The notes below the pieces were generated by a model. The model had not been told where the DNA came from and made no database searches. It worked only from the letters and a program-made list of their open reading frames with translations. A DNA stretch of 64,000 nt from Guillardia theta CCMP2712 (lineage: Eukaryota; Protista; Cryptophyta), in assembly GCF_000315625.1 (NCBI RefSeq), contig NW_005434666.1:741869-805868 (forward strand), written 5' to 3'. Both the position numbers and the translations under genes were made by a program. This document shows positions 59,377-64,000 of the stretch, piece after piece; within the stretch, counting starts at the first letter, position 1; the number at the start of each line of letters is the position of its first letter.

Positions 59377-61684
59377 TATGCCCCTCATTAGGACAATCGA
59401 GCGCAAAGGAGGAGAGACGAACTTGAGCCGTATGAGTGCGCCAGCGGCTTCAGTTGCCATGGAGGAGGAGGAGGATAGCATACAAGCAACACCCGTGAGC
59501 GAGAGGAAGAGGGAGCTACCAGCCATGGACCTTCCTCTGCGAAAAGAGAAGAAGAGTTGCTTGCCTGCTCTCCCGTACCTCGCGACACCTCAGGCCGTCT
59601 GGTGTTCACCTTGTCTGAGTGATGTGAGTTTGACTGCCACCTGCCAGGGATGATGTCTGCCAGATGGCAAAGTCATTAGCTGAAGCCACTCCCGACAACG
59701 ACTACCTGCGATCGTGCGAAATCCTTTCGGAGGAAGAATTTCTGCAACGAAGACTGAACCGAATCGAAAGACTTCTGAGCACATACAAGTGAGGGAGAAG
59801 GAGCAGCAGCGATAGCCTAACACCTCGACAGATCGGAACTTGAAACAATCGACTGCGACCTGAAGAGAAAGAAAGAGGCGCTGCACCAGAGCGTTCAGCT
59901 AGGTATCTTCATCCTTCAGTACTCCTACTTCTCTTGTTCATCGCCATCGTTTCTTCTTGCAGGTTTAGCGAAATCTCGACTCGGGGGACGAGCTTATGCG
60001 GGGTGGAGCCTCTCTCAGGATGACGTCAGCGTGGAACAAGTGCGCTGATCGCTGCCCTTGGATCTGCTGATTCTCGATTGACAGTCCGGGGAGAGAGATG
60101 GCAACACCTCCTGCTGTGCGTTAGGCGACGGAGAGAGTGTCTGTGGGATGGTATCGTTGACTTGCTTGCTCATGATCGAAGTTGAAGTCCACCAGGTCTG
60201 TCTTCCTTTCTCCAGCTTCTGCGCAGAATGTATCTCGCAAGATGCGGAGCAGGTGATGTTGACGAGGGATGGTGGTGGGGCTCGAGGTCACGGAAAGTGG
60301 CAGGCGCTTTATCATCGATGTCCCGAGACAGGCAAGTCAACGATCCGGCAGGTAACTTGGAGTTTGCTAGCGACAGTTCTGATGAGAGCGGTCAAGGTTT
60401 CAAGCTCTCAGCTCGCAAGGTTTGACATCTCCGTGTCTTCCTTGCTCCCTCAATTGGTTCCTCTCTTTCTGCAGATTTCAGCTGGAAAAATCCCAACAGC
60501 AGGTCAGCAGCTCGATGATGTTTGTTGTTGTGACAGCGAACAAGGCGAGGGAGGAGAAAGCAGAGGCTTCGTCACCTGCTGATTCAGTGATGGCTTGCCA
60601 TGCTCAGTTGTTGCCTGACCCTCAACCGCAGTTCCGCAAGATTGTGAACAAGGTAAGGGAAAAGAATTTCTTCACACCCTACCGACTTTTGGCAACAGGA
60701 CACAAGAGCTGCTCCTAAGCTAGACGTGGTGACGGCTGGTCGCGTGACTCTACCCCTTACTCCTCTTGCAGCTTCCTTTTGCTCTTGAGAATCACGCGAC
60801 TGCGAGCCCACAGCTTGCCATCTCCACGCCTGACAGAAAGATCGCAGCGAGTGAGAAGTTTTCTTTCGCTTCGCTTCACTTCCTCGGTCCCCCGCAGCCT
60901 CGTTTCCTCTCACTCCCTCGCCCTCTGTCCTCGTCCTCCTTCCTCGTCCTCTCGGTGATTCTCTCCAGGTCTCTCAGCGGCAGCCATCGGCATGACTCCC
61001 TTCCCGCACGGTGACCCTCGTTTCCTCTTGGCTCCCTTCCTTTCCCTCAATTGGCAAATTCAGCAGCTGCTATCTCAGCTCCCAAGGCAAGCTCCGCTTC
61101 TAGTGACGGCAAGCCCTCGGTCAGTTGCCTCCTTGTTTTGCAATGTGATGTTCCTGTGCTGGTCTGCCATCGCTTTCTTCCTCGCAGTTGCTCCTTCCGT
61201 CTCTCCTTCTTGTCTCCTCATGTTCATGCTCTCTCGCTCCTTCCGTCTTTACCAGCTTCGCTCCTCCTCGGCTCCTCCTTGTAGCCTCGCTCGCCAACTT
61301 CTGATCGCCCGGGGGTTCCACAGGTGAAGGAGGAGAAACTCGCTGAGAGCGCGACCCGGTCAGGTGCTCCTGCGCAGGACCAGGACAAGGAAGCGAGTGA
61401 GAGAGAAGAGAAAGAGGAGGAGCCGCAGGTCCTGCACATGCCAGAGGAGCAAGAGGGTAAGGCTGTCTGCAGGGGGAGAGCTGGTCACATCCTGCAGATG
61501 TAGGAGAGAGCGAGACAGGAGGAGGAGGTGAGGGCAGGCAGGTAAGAGGCAGAGAGAGCTGAAAGCTTGGGATCACGTACTTCAAAAGCAGGAGGATGAA
61601 GAGAACGTGAGCAGCCCGACGGTGGAAGGACTCGTGGACATGATGGCGGAGATTCAGGAGCTGCGAAGCTCGTCGGCCATGTAA
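59377..61684 (+). CDS. Hypothetical low-complexity protein, multi-exon
   Basis: Exon-like segments with GT..AG introns, ending MMAEIQELRSSSAM-TAA at 61682-61684; no domain recognised. Confidence 0.35.
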
Positions 61685-61849
61685 GAGGAGGAGGGGAGGA
61701 GGGGATAGGAGATGAGCGAGAGCAGAGAGGTGGGAAGGAGAAAGAGGAAAAGGGGATGTGAAGTTGCTTAGGGGGAGAAGTCTAACAGGTATCAGGTGCG
61801 AGGCGTCGAAGCAGGAGGAGGAGGACTGAGGGGAGGAGGAGACGAAGAA

Positions 61850-64000
61850 AACAAGAAAGATATTTTTTTGTCTTTCATTTCACAGAGTTCAATCTTATTG
61901 TTCCCCCGCTTTCTCCTCCTCCGCCATGGGCAAACGTACTGCCTCGTTCTTCCCCTCCTTCCCGTCTCCTTCATTCCTCTCCTTGCCTGGTCGCGGTGGA
62001 ATAACGATATGAGGGGCCTGCAGGATATGGTGCGATCAGAGAGCAGAGGAGGGGGAGAGGGAGGAGCAGGACGTGGAGAGGTGGGGGGAAGGAGCAGGAG
62101 TGGGAGGTCTTGGATTGAGTTCTTCTGTCAGTACCTCGATGCTGTTGGGCGACCGACAGGCCAGGCATCCGGTCTGCTTGCTCTGCTCCAAGAACGTCCT
62201 GCCGTCCGATGATGACTCCCACTTCCCCTTCCTCTTCTCACCCCTCCTTTCCTTCCCCATCTCCCCTCTCCTCCTTCCTCTTCTCATCCCCCCTTCCTGT
62301 CCTCAGCTTCGGATCCCCAGCCTCCCTCCGCGTCACCTCGCCGCTCCGCTTAGCAGGTCCTCGAGCACGGCAATGTGATTGCTCAGGTCCTTGATGAGCG
62401 CGTCCTTCCTCCTCAGCTGCCTCACCCTCAGCAGGGGAGGACGCGGAAGGAGAAGACAAGGAGAGCCAACTTCACCTGCTCACTCAACTCGGAGATTTCA
62501 AAGCGAAGGCTTGCAAGCAACTTCTGGTCCTGCCGAGGAATCATCAAGATGAGGCTGGTGCTGATGTTTCTACTTGCTCTCCTGCTCGTTTCTCCCTCTC
62601 TACCAACCTCATCGTCCTGCTGGCCTTACAGCCCTCCACCTCTGCTCTGCTCGTCTCCTCTGACTCACATGCTCGATCCTCTCATGCAGCATTGACTGTG
62701 AAATCTCCACGTCCTCTCGCAACCGAGCGACTTCATCGCGATGGTCCACCTTCTCAGCTTGAAGCTGCAGCGCTGTCAGTGCTGCCCTCTTCCTCCTGCT
62801 CCTCCTCTGCTACCTGCGACTGCAGCGCTTGGACCTGCTGAGTGATGGCTGCATGCTCCGCGTCTCTCCTCCTGTCAGCTCGTTAGCTGCGCGAGGTATC
62901 GGCCGCCTACCTCGTCTCTTCCTCCAGCCCTGCGAGCTCAATACCCAGCTTCTTCTCCCTCTCCTCCTTCTCTGCCTGCGGTCCCCTGAGCAGGAATACA
63001 AGTCGTAGATGCAGCAACAGCACGAGGAAGAGGAGGGGTAGGAGGAGGAGGAGGAGGAGGAGGAGGAGGAGGAGGAGGAGGAGGAGGAGGAGGAGGAGGA
63101 GGAGGAGGAGGAGGAGGAGGTGGACGACGTAGAANNNNNNNNNNNNNNNNNNNNNNNNNNNNNNNNNNNNNNNNNNNNNNNNNNNNNNNNNNNNNNNNNN
63201 NNNNNNNNNNNNNNNNNNNNNNNNNNNNNNNNNNCTTTAAAGTCATCTAGCTGTGAGCTCGCTTGGGAAAGCGTATCGGAGATGCTGGACACCAGCTGCT
63301 CTCGTTTCTTCTCGTTCCCTTGCAAGATCGTTGACCTCTCAATCGTCGTCAGGAGCTGATTCAAGTTGGTCGCATCTGGAAGCATCAACTTCTCCCTATC
63401 CATGTTGTCAAAAAACGCTTTCTTGTACGCTGCCTTGGCGCGTTTGATCTCTTTGCGGAACCTCTCATACTCCTCGTACGCCTTCTGCTCTCTCTGCTGG
63501 ACAGCTGCTGAGTCTCTCTTCTCCTTGCCCATCTGTTGCCACTGGTCAACGGCGCCAGTGAGTCTGGATGACAAGTGCTTCAGCTGCTTCCAGGAGGAGG
63601 AGGAGGAGGAGCAGGTGGAGACCTGAATGGAGGAGAGGTTTTGCTGGAGTTGCCTGATCTCTGCCTGCTGCTCGACCTTCTTCTGCGTCTAAAAACAACT
63701 TCAGCTTCCCATCTCCCTCTCCTCCTGCTTCACCAGCTGCTCCACCCGAGCACGGAGCTCTTCTTCCGTCGCTCTGTCCAGAGTCAGAGGCTGTTGAGAT
63801 TCCTCGCTCCTACACCCTAATCTCTTCCTCCTCCTCTTCAAGTCTTCTTGCTTGTCTTCTCACCTCATGTCGGCCTGCATCTTCTCTCGTAGAACGTCGA
63901 GGTACTGGTAACGAGGCGTCACTTTCCTCCTCCTCCTCCTCCTCCTCCTCCTCCTCCTCCTCCTCCTCCTCACGCACGTCCTGCCCTTCCGTAGCTTCAA
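61850..64000 (-). CDS. 3' part of a coiled-coil protein gene entering from the right edge
   Basis: ORF 62810-63574 (QQREQKAYEEYERFRKEIKRAK...) plus downstream exons (RQLRRKDALIKDLSNHIAVLEDLL); exact stop uncertain. Confidence 0.5.
63135..63234. other. Assembly gap (100 N)
   Basis: Run of N next to a (GAG)n tract. Confidence 1.

Overview
This is gene-dense eukaryotic nuclear DNA with many ~45-55 bp introns and abundant (GAG/TCC)n microsatellites. The style and the plastid-targeting presequences suggest a cryptophyte-like alga (inference). Recognisable intron-split genes are a CDKC/CDK12-type kinase, REV7/MAD2L2, NPL4 with a C-terminal UBA, a SAM-PH-SPRY-like protein, a ClpS-like adaptor, the FCP1/CTDP1 CTD phosphatase, a very large WD40 + DUF4062-like + NACHT/STAND gene, a plastid-targeted helical-repeat protein, an ankyrin protein, MFSD5/MOT2 and long coiled-coil proteins. 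The most unusual region is 45.55-50.75 kb, a self-shuffled mosaic of a single non-LTR retroelement of the restriction-like endonuclease (RLE) class, with no reverse transcriptase visible. Its exact 26-bp 3' terminus (GGATTTACTGGCAGAAGGTAAAAAGT on +) recurs 12 times plus partials. These termini start pieces of ~11 bp to ~1.9 kb that alternate with, and interrupt, opposite-strand copies of the same element. This fits repeated re-initiation or template jumping at the RNA 3' end, and it produces a strongly self-complementary locus. An older diverged relic with the same layout lies at 51.67-52.09 kb. Gene boundaries were reconstructed by eye and are approximate; no database searches were run.
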